This document shows, one piece after another, positions 50,473 to 60,386 of a stretch of 64,000 nt of DNA. Source of the DNA: an uncultured Verrucomicrobiae bacterium (GTDB taxonomy: Bacteria > Verrucomicrobiota > Verrucomicrobiia > Chthoniobacterales > Chthoniobacteraceae); the NCBI GenBank assembly GCA_963828525.1, contig CAWHEP010000014.1, forward strand, positions 1-64,000, read 5' to 3'. Under the pieces are notes generated by a model that did no database searches, was not told where the DNA came from, and saw nothing but the letters and a program-made list of their open reading frames with translations. Position 1 is the first letter of the stretch, and the number at the start of each line of letters is the position of its first letter. Both the position numbers and the translations under genes were made by a program.

Positions 50473-51340
50473 CCCCCTGAAGCAGGATTTCATGCGCCGG
50501 GCTTTCCTGGCGTGCGCGCTCATCGGGTTCACGAACGGTTTCCTGAGCGCGTTCGTCGTGCTGAGACGCCTTGCGCTAATGGCGGATTCGCTTTCGCATG
50601 CCCTCCTGCCGGGGCTGGCGGTCGGGGTCATCCTCTTCGGGCTTTCTCCGCTGAGCCTGTTTTGCGGAGCGCTCATCGCGGCGCTGCTTGTCGGGATAGG
50701 CGCGGAAGTCGTGTCGCGAAGTTCGCGCGTCAAAGAGGAAACCGCCCTGGCTGTCCTGTACACCGTCGCTTTCTCCGCCGGGATCGTGCTCCTGAGTTTT
50801 TCGCCAGTGCGGATCGATCTCCACCACTACCTGTTTGGTAACATCCTTGGTGTGTCGAACTCAGACCTGTGGGTGACTTATGGAATCAGCTTTCTCACGA
50901 TCACCGCGCTTGTGGCTCTGCAGAGGCCGCTGTTCCTCATGTTATTCGATCAGTCGGTTGCGGCGACCCAGGGAGTAAAGGTCGGTCTTCTGAATTACCT
51001 GCTCATCACACTGCTTGTCCTGGCCATGATCTCATCGCTGCAAGCAGTTGGGGTCATACTCGCGCTAGGGCTTCTGGTTGCGCCCGCCGCTACCGTCTAC
51101 CTGCTTTCCGACTCGTGCGCGCTGCTCTTCTGGGGCGGAGGATTTATTGGTATGTTCGGAGCGTGCGCCGGGTTGCTGATCTCTTACTGGCTGAACCTTC
51201 CGTCCGGGGCTTGCATCGTTCTGTTTCTTGGGAGCTTGTTCACCCTCGCTTATATCTTCAGCCCGAAATACGGTCTGATAAGGCACTTTCTGAAGAAGAG
51301 CCATCTGCATAAAGAGTCGCTTGCCCGCTGGGGTTCATAA
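50456..51340 (+). CDS. Metal ABC transporter permease (ZnuB/MntC family)
   Basis: MADSLSHALLPG, HYLFGNIL, SLQAVGVIL; start at ATG 50456. Confidence 0.92.
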   Translation: MHWLLDPLKQDFMRRAFLACALIGFTNGFLSAFVVLRRLALMADSLSHALLPGLAVGVILFGLSPLSLFCGALIAALLVGIGAEVVSRSSRVKEETALAVLYTVAFSAGIVLLSFSPVRIDLHHYLFGNILGVSNSDLWVTYGISFLTITALVALQRPLFLMLFDQSVAATQGVKVGLLNYLLITLLVLAMISSLQAVGVILALGLLVAPAATVYLLSDSCALLFWGGGFIGMFGACAGLLISYWLNLPSGACIVLFLGSLFTLAYIFSPKYGLIRHFLKKSHLHKESLARWGS

Positions 51341-51370
51341 CTTACCCTTCCAGGAGCTTTCAAGAACAAG

Positions 51371-52462
51371 ATGCATATCCCAGATGGCTATCTAAGCCCC
51401 GCGACATGCGCCGTTTTCTACGCCGGATCCGCTCCGTTTTGGTATGCGGCAATCAAGCGTCTCAAGCGGGTGGTCAGCAGCCGGTTGATCCCGCTGATTT
51501 CCCTGTTCGCGGCTTTTGCGTTTGTTGTGATGATGTTCAATCTGCCGCTTCCCGGCGGGACAACCGGGCACGCGGTGGGAATGGGCATCGGAGCGGTGGT
51601 GCTTGGCCCATGGGCTTCGCTGCTCGCGATTTCAGTAGCCCTCGCCATACAGGCGATGTTCTTCGGAGACGGCGGAATCACCGCGTACGGAGCCAACTGC
51701 TTCAACATGGCCATCGTCGGCTCCCTGACAGCGTACACCCTGTATCGACTCCTTGCGGGACAGGCTCCGATAGCTTCTCCTCGGAGAGTGGTCGCCGCCG
51801 CCATTGCGGGTTACTCGGCGATCAACCTTTCCGCCCTCTGCGCGGCGGTCGAGTTTGGGGTGCAGCCAATGCTGTTCAAGGATGTCAATGGAGCTCCTCT
51901 CTATGCTCCTTACCCGCTTTCGGTCGCTGTTCCCGCAATGCTGCTCGGGCACCTTTCGTTCGCGGGTCTCGCGGAAGCAATTATATCCGGAGGTCTCGTT
52001 GCTTATCTTCAACGCTCGGATCCCGCCCTGCTGGAACTTACCGCCCGGGGGGCGTCCCGAAGCGGGATTCAAGAGGACACTCCGCGCCTTGCTCACGCGC
52101 GGCGTCTTTGGATCGGGCTTGCCACTCTCATGATCGCGACGCCGCTCGGGCTGCTTGCGGCTGGCTCCGCATGGGGCGAATGGAGCGCCAGCGACTTTGG
52201 GAATCCCGCCGCGCGCCAGCAGATGATGACTGCCTCGCATAATGTGCCTCCCCCTGCGGGGGCACCTGCGGGGCTGGTCCGTCTCTCCTCATTCTGGACC
52301 GCGCCGATACCAGATTATGCTCCGCGGTTCATGAAGGACGCGCGGCTCGGCTACATATTGTCGGCAATGTTCGGCGGAGGGATCATCCTTTCAGTCTGCC
52401 TGGTCGCGGGCCGCCTTCTGCAGGTGAATCCAAACGGCGTCGCCCGGGACAAGGCGAGCTGA
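51371..52462 (+). CDS. cbiM: ECF Ni/Co transporter S component fused to an N-type domain (NikMN/CbiMN)
   Basis: MHIPDG N-terminus, GGTTGH, FGDGG; C-terminal AWGEW...APIPDY. Confidence 0.88.
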   Translation: MHIPDGYLSPATCAVFYAGSAPFWYAAIKRLKRVVSSRLIPLISLFAAFAFVVMMFNLPLPGGTTGHAVGMGIGAVVLGPWASLLAISVALAIQAMFFGDGGITAYGANCFNMAIVGSLTAYTLYRLLAGQAPIASPRRVVAAAIAGYSAINLSALCAAVEFGVQPMLFKDVNGAPLYAPYPLSVAVPAMLLGHLSFAGLAEAIISGGLVAYLQRSDPALLELTARGASRSGIQEDTPRLAHARRLWIGLATLMIATPLGLLAAGSAWGEWSASDFGNPAARQQMMTASHNVPPPAGAPAGLVRLSSFWTAPIPDYAPRFMKDARLGYILSAMFGGGIILSVCLVAGRLLQVNPNGVARDKAS

Positions 52463-53295
52463 TGCGCGCGAAAAGCCCGGCCCGACCGGCACTGGGCTTC
52501 ATAGAAAAGACGATACTCTCGTTTGGCGACGCCCTTGACCATGCCGCCTTCGCGGATGAGATCGCGAGAGGCCCCGGGTTGCTCCAGCTTATAGACCCGC
52601 GCGTGAAGGTTTGCGGGTTCTTCCTCATCATCCTGGCGGCGGTGAGCGCGCCAAAGATGCTGAACACTGCCGGGGCGCTATTCCTGGGCGTGGCACTCGC
52701 GCAGCTCTCCCGCATCCCGTTGCGCGTCCTGCTGGTGCGCGTCTGGCTGGCTGTGCTCTCGTTTACAGGGATCATCGCGCTTCCTGCCCTCTTTTTGACC
52801 CCGGGCAGAGTTGTGTTCCGACTGCCTGGAGTCGAATGGGGCATCACCGCTCAGGGTCTGACGACCGGAGCGCGCCTCGTCATCCGGGGCGAGACAACCG
52901 CGACTCTCGCGCTGGTTCTTGTTCTGTCCACGCCATGGACTCATGTGCTAAAGGCGTTACGCGCGCTGCGCGCGCCCTCTCTCATCGTGATGATCCTGTG
53001 CATGACGTACCGCTACATTTTTCTGCTCATCCATGTGGCCCGCGATTTTTTCGAGGCTCGCCGGAGCCGCCTAGTGGGAGTGCTGGATTCCTCGCAACGG
53101 CGGCACCTTGCCGCTGCCACCGCGGGGGTTCTCCTTGGCCGGAGCATGGACCTCAGCAACGAGGTCTTCCTCGCCATGCAATCCCGCGGCTTTAGCGGAT
53201 CGGCGTTCACGATTGACGACTTCCGGTTCAAAACGCGTGACGCGTTCGCGATAGCAGGGTTCGCGGTTGCGGCGGCGCTCGTGTTGTTCGTGTAA
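52462..53295 (+). CDS. cbiQ: ECF Ni/Co transporter T component
   Basis: DPRVK, YRYIFLL, ARRSR, AMQSRGF. Confidence 0.9.
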   Translation: MRAKSPARPALGFIEKTILSFGDALDHAAFADEIARGPGLLQLIDPRVKVCGFFLIILAAVSAPKMLNTAGALFLGVALAQLSRIPLRVLLVRVWLAVLSFTGIIALPALFLTPGRVVFRLPGVEWGITAQGLTTGARLVIRGETTATLALVLVLSTPWTHVLKALRALRAPSLIVMILCMTYRYIFLLIHVARDFFEARRSRLVGVLDSSQRRHLAAATAGVLLGRSMDLSNEVFLAMQSRGFSGSAFTIDDFRFKTRDAFAIAGFAVAAALVLFV

Positions 53296-53299
53296 TCAG

Positions 53300-54100
53300 A
53301 TGCTATACGAGCTTAGCGACGTAACATTCCGCTACCCAGAGGTCACAGCGGTCGAGAAGCTCTCGCTGTCGCTGGCGGCGGGGGAGCGCGTGGTGGTTCT
53401 TGGAGCTAACGGCTCAGGCAAGTCCACTTTGCTCCGCCTGCTCGACGCGCTTTGCTTCCCAGCGTCGGGCACGATTTCCTTCGACGGCACGGCTCTTACA
53501 GAAGAGGCGTTCTCGCGCCCGGAGTTTGCGTTCCAGTTTCGCCGCCGGGTGGGTCTTGTGTTCCAGAATCCGGATGTGCAACTGTTCAACGCGACCGTGT
53601 TTGACGAGATCGCTTTCGCGCCTCTGCAACTGCGCTGGCAGAAAGCGGAGATACTTGACCGCGTGAGCGCCATCCTCGACAGCATGCAGATCACCCATTT
53701 GAAAGACCGCGCTCCTCATCGGCTGTCTGGTGGCGAGAAGAAGCGAGTTGCTTTGGCTTCCGTGCTTGTTCTTGAGCCTGAAGTGCTCCTCCTCGACGAG
53801 CCCACTGCCGCTCTCGACCCGCAGAGCCAGAGCCGGATGATCGATTTCCTCGCGGCAGCGGGCGGCGTCCGCACGGTCGTCACCGCGACCCACGATCTCC
53901 ATATCGTGGAAGATATCGCTGATCGGTGCCTGGTCTTTAAGGGGGGCTGCCTGGAGGCGTCGGGTGCGCCACGCGAAATACTCGGGAACGAAGCTCTTCT
54001 TCGCGGGGCGCACCTGCTGCACGCGCATCGGCATGAGCATGCTTCGGGCGTCACGCATTCACACACGCACCTGCACGGTTTTCATGACCATAAGCACTGA
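53300..54100 (+). CDS. cbiO: ECF Ni/Co transporter ATPase with His-rich tail
   Basis: GANGSGKS, FQNPDVQLF, LSGGEKKR; tail HAHRHEHASGVTHSHTHLHGFHDHKH. Confidence 0.9.
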   Translation: MLYELSDVTFRYPEVTAVEKLSLSLAAGERVVVLGANGSGKSTLLRLLDALCFPASGTISFDGTALTEEAFSRPEFAFQFRRRVGLVFQNPDVQLFNATVFDEIAFAPLQLRWQKAEILDRVSAILDSMQITHLKDRAPHRLSGGEKKRVALASVLVLEPEVLLLDEPTAALDPQSQSRMIDFLAAAGGVRTVVTATHDLHIVEDIADRCLVFKGGCLEASGAPREILGNEALLRGAHLLHAHRHEHASGVTHSHTHLHGFHDHKH

Positions 54101-54159
54101 AGGGAACGCGTGATACTCGGAGTTCGCGCTTCAGATCAATTTTTGCTAAATTGCGCGTC

Positions 54160-54735
54160 ATGAGATTTTACCGGGCTCTGTTCATTCTCCTGTTCCCCGC
54201 AGCTTTGTTCGCCCAGGGCCTGCCCGCCCTTAAGGCGCAGGTCGGTGAGCCCGTTCTTCAAGAACTCATGGGGGGTTGCTCGATGGCCTGCGCGTTTCCG
54301 TGGGAGACTACTGCGACCGTGCCGGGCAAAGCCGCGCAGCCTGTTTACAAATTGAATGATAGCGACGCCTCGACGGCTTGGATCGATCCCAATCCCGCGC
54401 CCGGAACCAGGCTCGCCTTCCAGTTCCCGAAAAAGCTGCCCAAGGAGATGAATGGGACGACGCCTTTTTACGGCTTCGACATCGCGAACGGGTTCACGAA
54501 GTCACCCGAGGTATTCAAGACCTACTCGCGTGTTAAAAAAGCGAAGTTGTTCTTCAACGGGAAACCGATGGCTACCGTGACGTTCGCCGACTCGCGTCGC
54601 TGGCAGCACGTGAACTTCGACGACCTTTTTCCGCATCAAGGAGATACGTTCTCTATGGAGATTTCAGAAGTTTACCCGGGATCCAAGTCCTCCTGCGTGG
54701 CAATCACGCAGCTTGTCCTGCAGGGCGCGCACTAG
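54160..54735 (+). CDS. Exported hypothetical protein, discoidin/glycan-binding-like beta-sandwich
   Basis: Signal peptide; DASTAW, IANGF...SRVK, EVYPGSK...AITQL. Confidence 0.55.
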   Translation: MRFYRALFILLFPAALFAQGLPALKAQVGEPVLQELMGGCSMACAFPWETTATVPGKAAQPVYKLNDSDASTAWIDPNPAPGTRLAFQFPKKLPKEMNGTTPFYGFDIANGFTKSPEVFKTYSRVKKAKLFFNGKPMATVTFADSRRWQHVNFDDLFPHQGDTFSMEISEVYPGSKSSCVAITQLVLQGAH

Positions 54736-54748
54736 ACTAGAGCGTGTC

Positions 54749-55612
54749 ATGACAATTCTGACTGCGGTTGACGATCGCTACGTCGTTCCGCTTGCGGTTA
54801 TGCTCCGCTCGCTCTGTTCTTCGCTTGCAGCAGGTTTATTCGTTGACGCGCGCCTCATGACGACAGGCTTGAGCGCAGCGAGCCGCCGGGGCCTGGACTG
54901 CGCTCTGGCGGGACTCCCGCTGACGCTTCAGATTATAACGGTAGACACAATCTTACTGGAAGGATTCAAGGTCGACGGGCACGTCTCCGCGGACACGTAC
55001 GTCAGGCTATACGCCCCGGATTATCTGCCTGATGTCGATAAAGTCCTCTATTTAGATGCCGACTTACTCGTGCGTCATTCTGTTCACGAAATTTACGACA
55101 GCGGCTTTGACGGCGCGCATCTACTGGCAGTTCCCAGCATTAGCAACCACTCGGCGTGGTTTGGCGCGGAATGCGGGGTGCCTTCCTATTCCCGGCTTGG
55201 GATCGCCCCGTCAACAAGGACCTTCAACGCCGGGGTCATGCTAATGAACCTCGAACGCTGGAGAGAAACCAACACCACTACAGCTATCGCGGAATATCTA
55301 CGCCGGTATCGAGAACACGTTTTGTTATGGGACCAGGATGGGCTGAACGGGGTCTTGCATGCTAATTGGAACTCCCTCCCGGCAAAGTGGAATGTGATGA
55401 CGAATCACTTTAGGGACTTTCGCTCGTGGGACGACTCTCTGTTGGATCAGGACACGTTTGAAGCAGTATCTCGGGATCCTGGGATCATCCATTATAGCGC
55501 CTTTGCCAAACCATGGCATCGAGATTACCGAGGACCGTACAAGGACCTGTGGACAGTGGCGTTCAAAGAAATTGCCCATCATTTTGACAGCGACCTAGTC
55601 ACTGTCGAGTAA
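54749..55612 (+). CDS. Glycosyltransferase family 8
   Basis: VLYLDADL, FNAGVMLMNLERW, DQDGLN, IIHY...KPW. Confidence 0.92.
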   Translation: MTILTAVDDRYVVPLAVMLRSLCSSLAAGLFVDARLMTTGLSAASRRGLDCALAGLPLTLQIITVDTILLEGFKVDGHVSADTYVRLYAPDYLPDVDKVLYLDADLLVRHSVHEIYDSGFDGAHLLAVPSISNHSAWFGAECGVPSYSRLGIAPSTRTFNAGVMLMNLERWRETNTTTAIAEYLRRYREHVLLWDQDGLNGVLHANWNSLPAKWNVMTNHFRDFRSWDDSLLDQDTFEAVSRDPGIIHYSAFAKPWHRDYRGPYKDLWTVAFKEIAHHFDSDLVTVE

Positions 55613-55635
55613 TGGCGCGCGCGGACCCGCCCAGG

Positions 55636-56355
55636 TTATCCGGATTTGCGTAGGGGTTCGCTCTTCACCTTGAAATCCAGCTGCCTGGTCAAGAGCCAGC
55701 GCACCCCGAACATGTCGACGGTGGCTCGCAGGGCGCGGTTCCCGAAACCATATTTGCTAATCCCGAATCGCCGAGGCCGATGATTCACGGGAAGTTCCAC
55801 GATTTTGAAGCCAGCCCCTTTTATGAGAGCGGGTATGAATCGGTGCATGCCGCGGAAGGGGATGAGAGCGGACGCGCACTCCTTCCGCATCGCTTTCAAT
55901 GTGCAGCCCGTGTCTCGCACACCATCCCGGGTGAAACGGCTCCTCACAAAATTTGCGATCCGGCTGGTGATTTTCTTTGGCAGGGAATCGCGTCTCTTCG
56001 CGCGATAGCCGCAAACAAGGTCCGCGCCTGCCGCTATTTGTTCCAGCAGACGGGGAATATCCGCGGGGTCGTTCTGCAGGTCTCCATCCAGAAGCACGAT
56101 GACCTTTCCCGTGGCGGCGTGGATGCCGGCATACATCGCGGCGCTTTGGCCGGCATTTTTCTCAAATTCGAGGACAGTCACCACGTCGCTGCGCTCGATC
56201 CTTCCCAAGGTCTGATCCTGGGAACCATCATCCACAAAAAGTATCTCGAAGGATATCCCCGCCAGCGCTGCCCGCAGCTCCTGCTGCAAGATGGAGATGT
56301 TCTCCTCCTCGTTATACAGGGGGATGACGACTGACACTTCCGGCGCGGTGCTCAT
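55636..56355 (-). CDS. Polyprenyl-phosphate glycosyltransferase (GT2, DPM/ArnC-like)
   Basis: PLYNEE, VDDGSQD, LDGDLQNDP, DTGCTLK, MHRFIP. Confidence 0.9.
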   Translation of the reverse strand: MSTAPEVSVVIPLYNEEENISILQQELRAALAGISFEILFVDDGSQDQTLGRIERSDVVTVLEFEKNAGQSAAMYAGIHAATGKVIVLLDGDLQNDPADIPRLLEQIAAGADLVCGYRAKRRDSLPKKITSRIANFVRSRFTRDGVRDTGCTLKAMRKECASALIPFRGMHRFIPALIKGAGFKIVELPVNHRPRRFGISKYGFGNRALRATVDMFGVRWLLTRQLDFKVKSEPLRKSG

Positions 56356-57929
56356 AGCGAGAGCGTCTTATAATGGTGGCAGGCGAACACGCTGACATTC
56401 CGCAGAAACAGCCCCCGCCGGCGAATCTCATACAACCCGATCAGTTCGACTTTCTCGAATCCGGACCGGATCGCGGAGTCTACGTGATCCTTGGTTTCAT
56501 CGCTCACAAAGAGCGCGTCTCGACCTACGAAGGGGTTCATGCCCTGTTCCTCAGTATAATACTCATCCTGCGATTTGAATCCGGGCGGCATGGCGACGAA
56601 CTGATCATACCTCGGCCAGAACGAAAACTGGTTCTCGAAATCCTGCGATTCCGGAATGTAAACGGGCGGGTGGCCGGGGCCTTCCACGGGGCCGCGCGGC
56701 AGGTAATACGAGAGGCTCGCCGCGATCTGATATTTGCTCCCAATTAGAAAAAGCGGCTTCCCGCCTTCTTGCTCCAACCTGTGGCGGACGGCATCGACAC
56801 ACGAGGCGGACGTCTCTCCGCCGCGGGCTTTTGCGGAAGGATCTTTCGAGTAGGGAAGAGGTATTCCCGCCTTCCGCAACACGTCCGGGTTGAGAGCGAC
56901 CAGGCTCATCAAGAGACCCAGGCAAAGCGCTGAGCAGCAGAACGCGGAGGCCCATTTTGTCGTTCTGGCCTTCTCCACCCAAATCGAGGTGGCGAGCGTG
57001 CCCAAGCTTATGAAGGCGGGTGCCGTCCAATTTGGCTCACCCGCTTTTTTCAACGAGAGGAGACCGTACATCAGCAACAAGGGAACGCTAAAAAAGAGCA
57101 GGTAGCGCGTCTTGAATTGAACATCGGCTTTTTCCAGAGACCACCAGAGCGCCGCCATCATTCCGAGGAACATGAGCGGGGAATATACGCCCATGTGAAG
57201 GCCCAGAAAAACGAACGGCTCCCCAATGTGGAGCGAGAAGCCCGTATCGAGGCTGCCGCGATTGCGCAGGTGCCGGAAGGTAATCCAATCGTAATGGCTG
57301 TTCCAAACGAAGACGGGCGCCGCGCAGAGGATGAACAGGAATAGCATGACGTATAAGCCCGGTCGCGCGAACTCCCTCCTGTAACGCGGCGTCAATGCGA
57401 GAAAGAGAAGGATGGAAAGCGCCTGCATGGCATTTGTGTATTTACAGAGGAAACCAATGCCAATCAGGACTCCCGTGAGAGGCCAGTAGATATTCAGACG
57501 CCCGCCGCCCGCCAGCGCAAGCCAGCAGGTGTACATGGCGGCTGTCCAGAAAAAGATTGAAAGCGGGTCAATGGTCATCAGTGTGCCGCCCGCGTTGAAG
57601 ATCGGCAGCATATTCATGGCAATCGCCGTCCAGATCGCCACGCTTTCCCTGAATAAAGCGCGGCTGAACCAAAACATCAGAAGCGTGGTGCCAAGAGCAA
57701 GAAGGGGACTGAAGAAGCGCACTCCGAACTCAGACGCGCCAAAAAGAGAAGTGCTCGCCAGGATGGTAAAGGCCACGCCGGGTCCTTTGCTATAGTAGCT
57801 CAGCGCCGGGTGTTGCGCCCAGAGGTAATAGTAGGATTCATCGGGCAGCAACTCGAGCTGGCCGATGTAAATCAAGCGGAGCAGGGTGAGGACGCCCAGA
57901 AACGCAAACAACCAATAGCGCGGCTTCAT
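56352..57929 (-). CDS. ArnT/GT39-type GT-C glycosyltransferase
   Basis: PDESYYYLW, YYSKGPG, TIDP, LCKY; multiple TM segments; start at ATG 57929. Confidence 0.88.
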   Translation of the reverse strand: MKPRYWLFAFLGVLTLLRLIYIGQLELLPDESYYYLWAQHPALSYYSKGPGVAFTILASTSLFGASEFGVRFFSPLLALGTTLLMFWFSRALFRESVAIWTAIAMNMLPIFNAGGTLMTIDPLSIFFWTAAMYTCWLALAGGGRLNIYWPLTGVLIGIGFLCKYTNAMQALSILLFLALTPRYRREFARPGLYVMLFLFILCAAPVFVWNSHYDWITFRHLRNRGSLDTGFSLHIGEPFVFLGLHMGVYSPLMFLGMMAALWWSLEKADVQFKTRYLLFFSVPLLLMYGLLSLKKAGEPNWTAPAFISLGTLATSIWVEKARTTKWASAFCCSALCLGLLMSLVALNPDVLRKAGIPLPYSKDPSAKARGGETSASCVDAVRHRLEQEGGKPLFLIGSKYQIAASLSYYLPRGPVEGPGHPPVYIPESQDFENQFSFWPRYDQFVAMPPGFKSQDEYYTEEQGMNPFVGRDALFVSDETKDHVDSAIRSGFEKVELIGLYEIRRRGLFLRNVSVFACHHYKTLSL

Positions 57930-58579
57930 GCCCCTTTTCGGACGAGGGTGGGATGCAAGGAGAATGTCTTTGGCATAACGCGCGAGCCGTAGCGGCTCCA
58001 AAGCAGCTCCAAGCTTATAACCATAAAAAGCGCGAGACCCGCAGCGAGGAAAATCGAGATGAGAACATCGCTGGGCCAGTGCGCGCCTACGTAGACGCGC
58101 GAGTACGCGATAAGGGCGGCAGGGGCAAAGTACAACCACCCCCAGCGACGGGAGAAGCAGGCCAGCACCACCGCGACACAGAAGTTGTTCATCGTATGCG
58201 AGGAAGGGAACGAATGTCCTGTGACCATCCCCGCGTCAGGATCGGCGATCTCCACGCGCGGGGGGAGCCAAAGAGCAAGAACGCGGGGATTCTGTAACTG
58301 CAAATCCACTATTCTGACGCCGGGAACTTCCTGGTAGGGCCGCGGTCTTCCGATCATTCGCTTCAGGGAAGCGGAGACGATCCCGTCCCCAACGGCCACC
58401 ACCAGGAGCGCCGTCATGATCATCGCCCGCAATCGAAAACCTCCGAAGATGAGGAGGCATGCCCCCAGGACAACCAGACCCCATCGCCATACCTCGAAGC
58501 ACGAAGCCGCTGCCATGATTTTGTCCAGAGCTGGGTTCGTCCACTGGTGGTTGATCAGAAAAAGAAGCTGTTGGTCCAT
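57926..58579 (-). CDS. PAP2 family membrane phosphatase
   Basis: KRMIGRPRP, SFPSSH, SRVYVGAHWPSDV; start at ATG 58579. Confidence 0.92.
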   Translation of the reverse strand: MDQQLLFLINHQWTNPALDKIMAAASCFEVWRWGLVVLGACLLIFGGFRLRAMIMTALLVVAVGDGIVSASLKRMIGRPRPYQEVPGVRIVDLQLQNPRVLALWLPPRVEIADPDAGMVTGHSFPSSHTMNNFCVAVVLACFSRRWGWLYFAPAALIAYSRVYVGAHWPSDVLISIFLAAGLALFMVISLELLWSRYGSRVMPKTFSLHPTLVRKGA

Positions 58580-58604
58580 CCGGAAACGGAGGATTGTCTG
58601 GGGT

Positions 58605-59303
58605 ATGACGGGGAAAAAACAAGTAAAGAAGAGGATTATAATGGCGGCATTGTTGCTGAGCGTTGGCGGCATGTCGGCCGCTGATCCGGCGCCGCAGGAT
58701 ATCCTCAGGAATGCCCGTCTCAACCAGAGTGGCCAGCACCGGGTGTTGGATGGGCATCTGCGGCATGGGCCGACGATCATCCCATTCCGTCTCACGTTCG
58801 ACGGAGATACCGTCCGCTACGCATTTACAAATCCTCCCGAGGAGTTGGTTCTCCACCTTGGCGACAGGTCTTCGCGGCTGGACGAATCGACGAAGGGGGG
58901 GACTGAGCGCATCCCCGCCTCCCGGCTGGACGGGAAGGTGAGGGGAACGGACATCACTTTCGAAGACATCGCGCTGAAGTTCCTTTACTGGCCATCGGTC
59001 ACTCTGGAGGGCGATCAGGTCATCCTGACGCGGGGCTGCTGGAAGCTTCTGCTGCAGCCGGGAATATCGAAAGGCTCCCAGTATGGGAGCGTGCGTCTAT
59101 GGGTGGACAAACAAAGCGGAGCTTTCCTCCAGGCGGATGCTTTCGACAAAGCGGGCAAACTCGCCAAGCGCTTCAAGGTGATTGCTCCGCAGCGAATTAA
59201 TGGAGAATGGATTCTGAAGAAAATGCGCATCGAGCAAATGGGAAATCCTAATGACGACACCCCCACGTATCTTGAGATCGAAGGTATGGAGAAAAGTTCG
59301 TGA
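58605..59303 (+). CDS. LolA-like outer-membrane lipoprotein-sorting protein
   Basis: Signal peptide; GTDITFED, YGSVRLWVDK, FDKAGKLAKRF. Confidence 0.65.
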   Translation: MTGKKQVKKRIIMAALLLSVGGMSAADPAPQDILRNARLNQSGQHRVLDGHLRHGPTIIPFRLTFDGDTVRYAFTNPPEELVLHLGDRSSRLDESTKGGTERIPASRLDGKVRGTDITFEDIALKFLYWPSVTLEGDQVILTRGCWKLLLQPGISKGSQYGSVRLWVDKQSGAFLQADAFDKAGKLAKRFKVIAPQRINGEWILKKMRIEQMGNPNDDTPTYLEIEGMEKSS

Positions 59304-59432
59304 ATCGCGGCGAGGTTGTCTAGGTTTGCGATCTTGAAGTCTGTGCCTTGGCGACTATGCTGAAGCGCGATCCTGTGAGAAACATCCCTCTTTCAGCCAA
59401 CCGGGCTCACCGCGAAGCGCCGTAGTAAATCG

Positions 59433-60356
59433 ATGCGAGCGACAAAATGCGGGCCGTTTCTAGGCGGTATCCTCGAGCGGGCGGAAGCCGACCTCGCAAG
59501 GGCGCAGGCGGCGCTCCCGGAAAGTGACCTGCGTCGCCGACTGGATGACGCGCCTCCCGCCCGGTCGTTCTCCTCGGCGTTGCGCGCGGGTTTCGGGATC
59601 ATCGCCGAGATTAAGGAAAAGTCTCCAAGCGGGGGACCGATGATTCCGGAAAATGTAGCCGCCGCAGGGCGGGCGTTTGAGGAGAGCAGCGTAGTGAAGG
59701 CTATCTCCGTATTGACGAACCGTCACGACTTCGGGATGACGATACAGCGCCTTGAGCGCGCGAGGAAAGAGACCACGAAACCAATTCTCCGAAAGGACTT
59801 CATCTTTTCAGAATATCAGGTGCTGGAAGCGAGGGTCTTCGGCGCGGATGCCATCCTTCTGATGGCTAACATACTCGATAAAGATGAGCTGGTCCGCCTG
59901 GGAGGGCTTGCGTCCGAACTCGGGATGGATGTCCTGTTCGAGTCTCACAACCTGTCGGAGATCAGAAAGATTCCAGATAACGCGGTGGTGTTCGGCATCA
60001 ACTGCCGAAAACTGGACTCTAAAAACCCCCTTGGGAGTTATTTTGGATCGAGAGTGTTGAGGCGCGTCGGATTGTTCCGTGATCTGAGCATACAGGATGA
60101 ACCTTTGAAGCTGGTGGATCAACTGCCGCATGACTCTGTCAAAGTCGCCGAGAGCGGAATCACACCCGGTAAGATTGCGGCTATCAGGGATGTTCATAAG
60201 TTCGACGCCGCTCTCATAGGGAACGCGTTGCTGCTTGCCAAGGAGGGCGTGGTCAAGAAGTTGGCGGAGTTTGAGGACGCGTTGGCGGCGCGTGAAGAAT
60301 GTCCGAGCGAGCGGCGAACGGGCGGCGTCGAATCGGCTGCGCGTTTGCTACTGTGA
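59433..60356 (+). CDS. trpC: Indole-3-glycerol phosphate synthase
   Basis: IIAEIKEKSPS, ISVLT, PILRKDFI, GADAILL, VAESGI. Confidence 0.9.
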   Translation: MRATKCGPFLGGILERAEADLARAQAALPESDLRRRLDDAPPARSFSSALRAGFGIIAEIKEKSPSGGPMIPENVAAAGRAFEESSVVKAISVLTNRHDFGMTIQRLERARKETTKPILRKDFIFSEYQVLEARVFGADAILLMANILDKDELVRLGGLASELGMDVLFESHNLSEIRKIPDNAVVFGINCRKLDSKNPLGSYFGSRVLRRVGLFRDLSIQDEPLKLVDQLPHDSVKVAESGITPGKIAAIRDVHKFDAALIGNALLLAKEGVVKKLAEFEDALAAREECPSERRTGGVESAARLLL

Positions 60357-60386
60357 AGAGGGTTACTTAGGCGACCCGGCTTTCCC

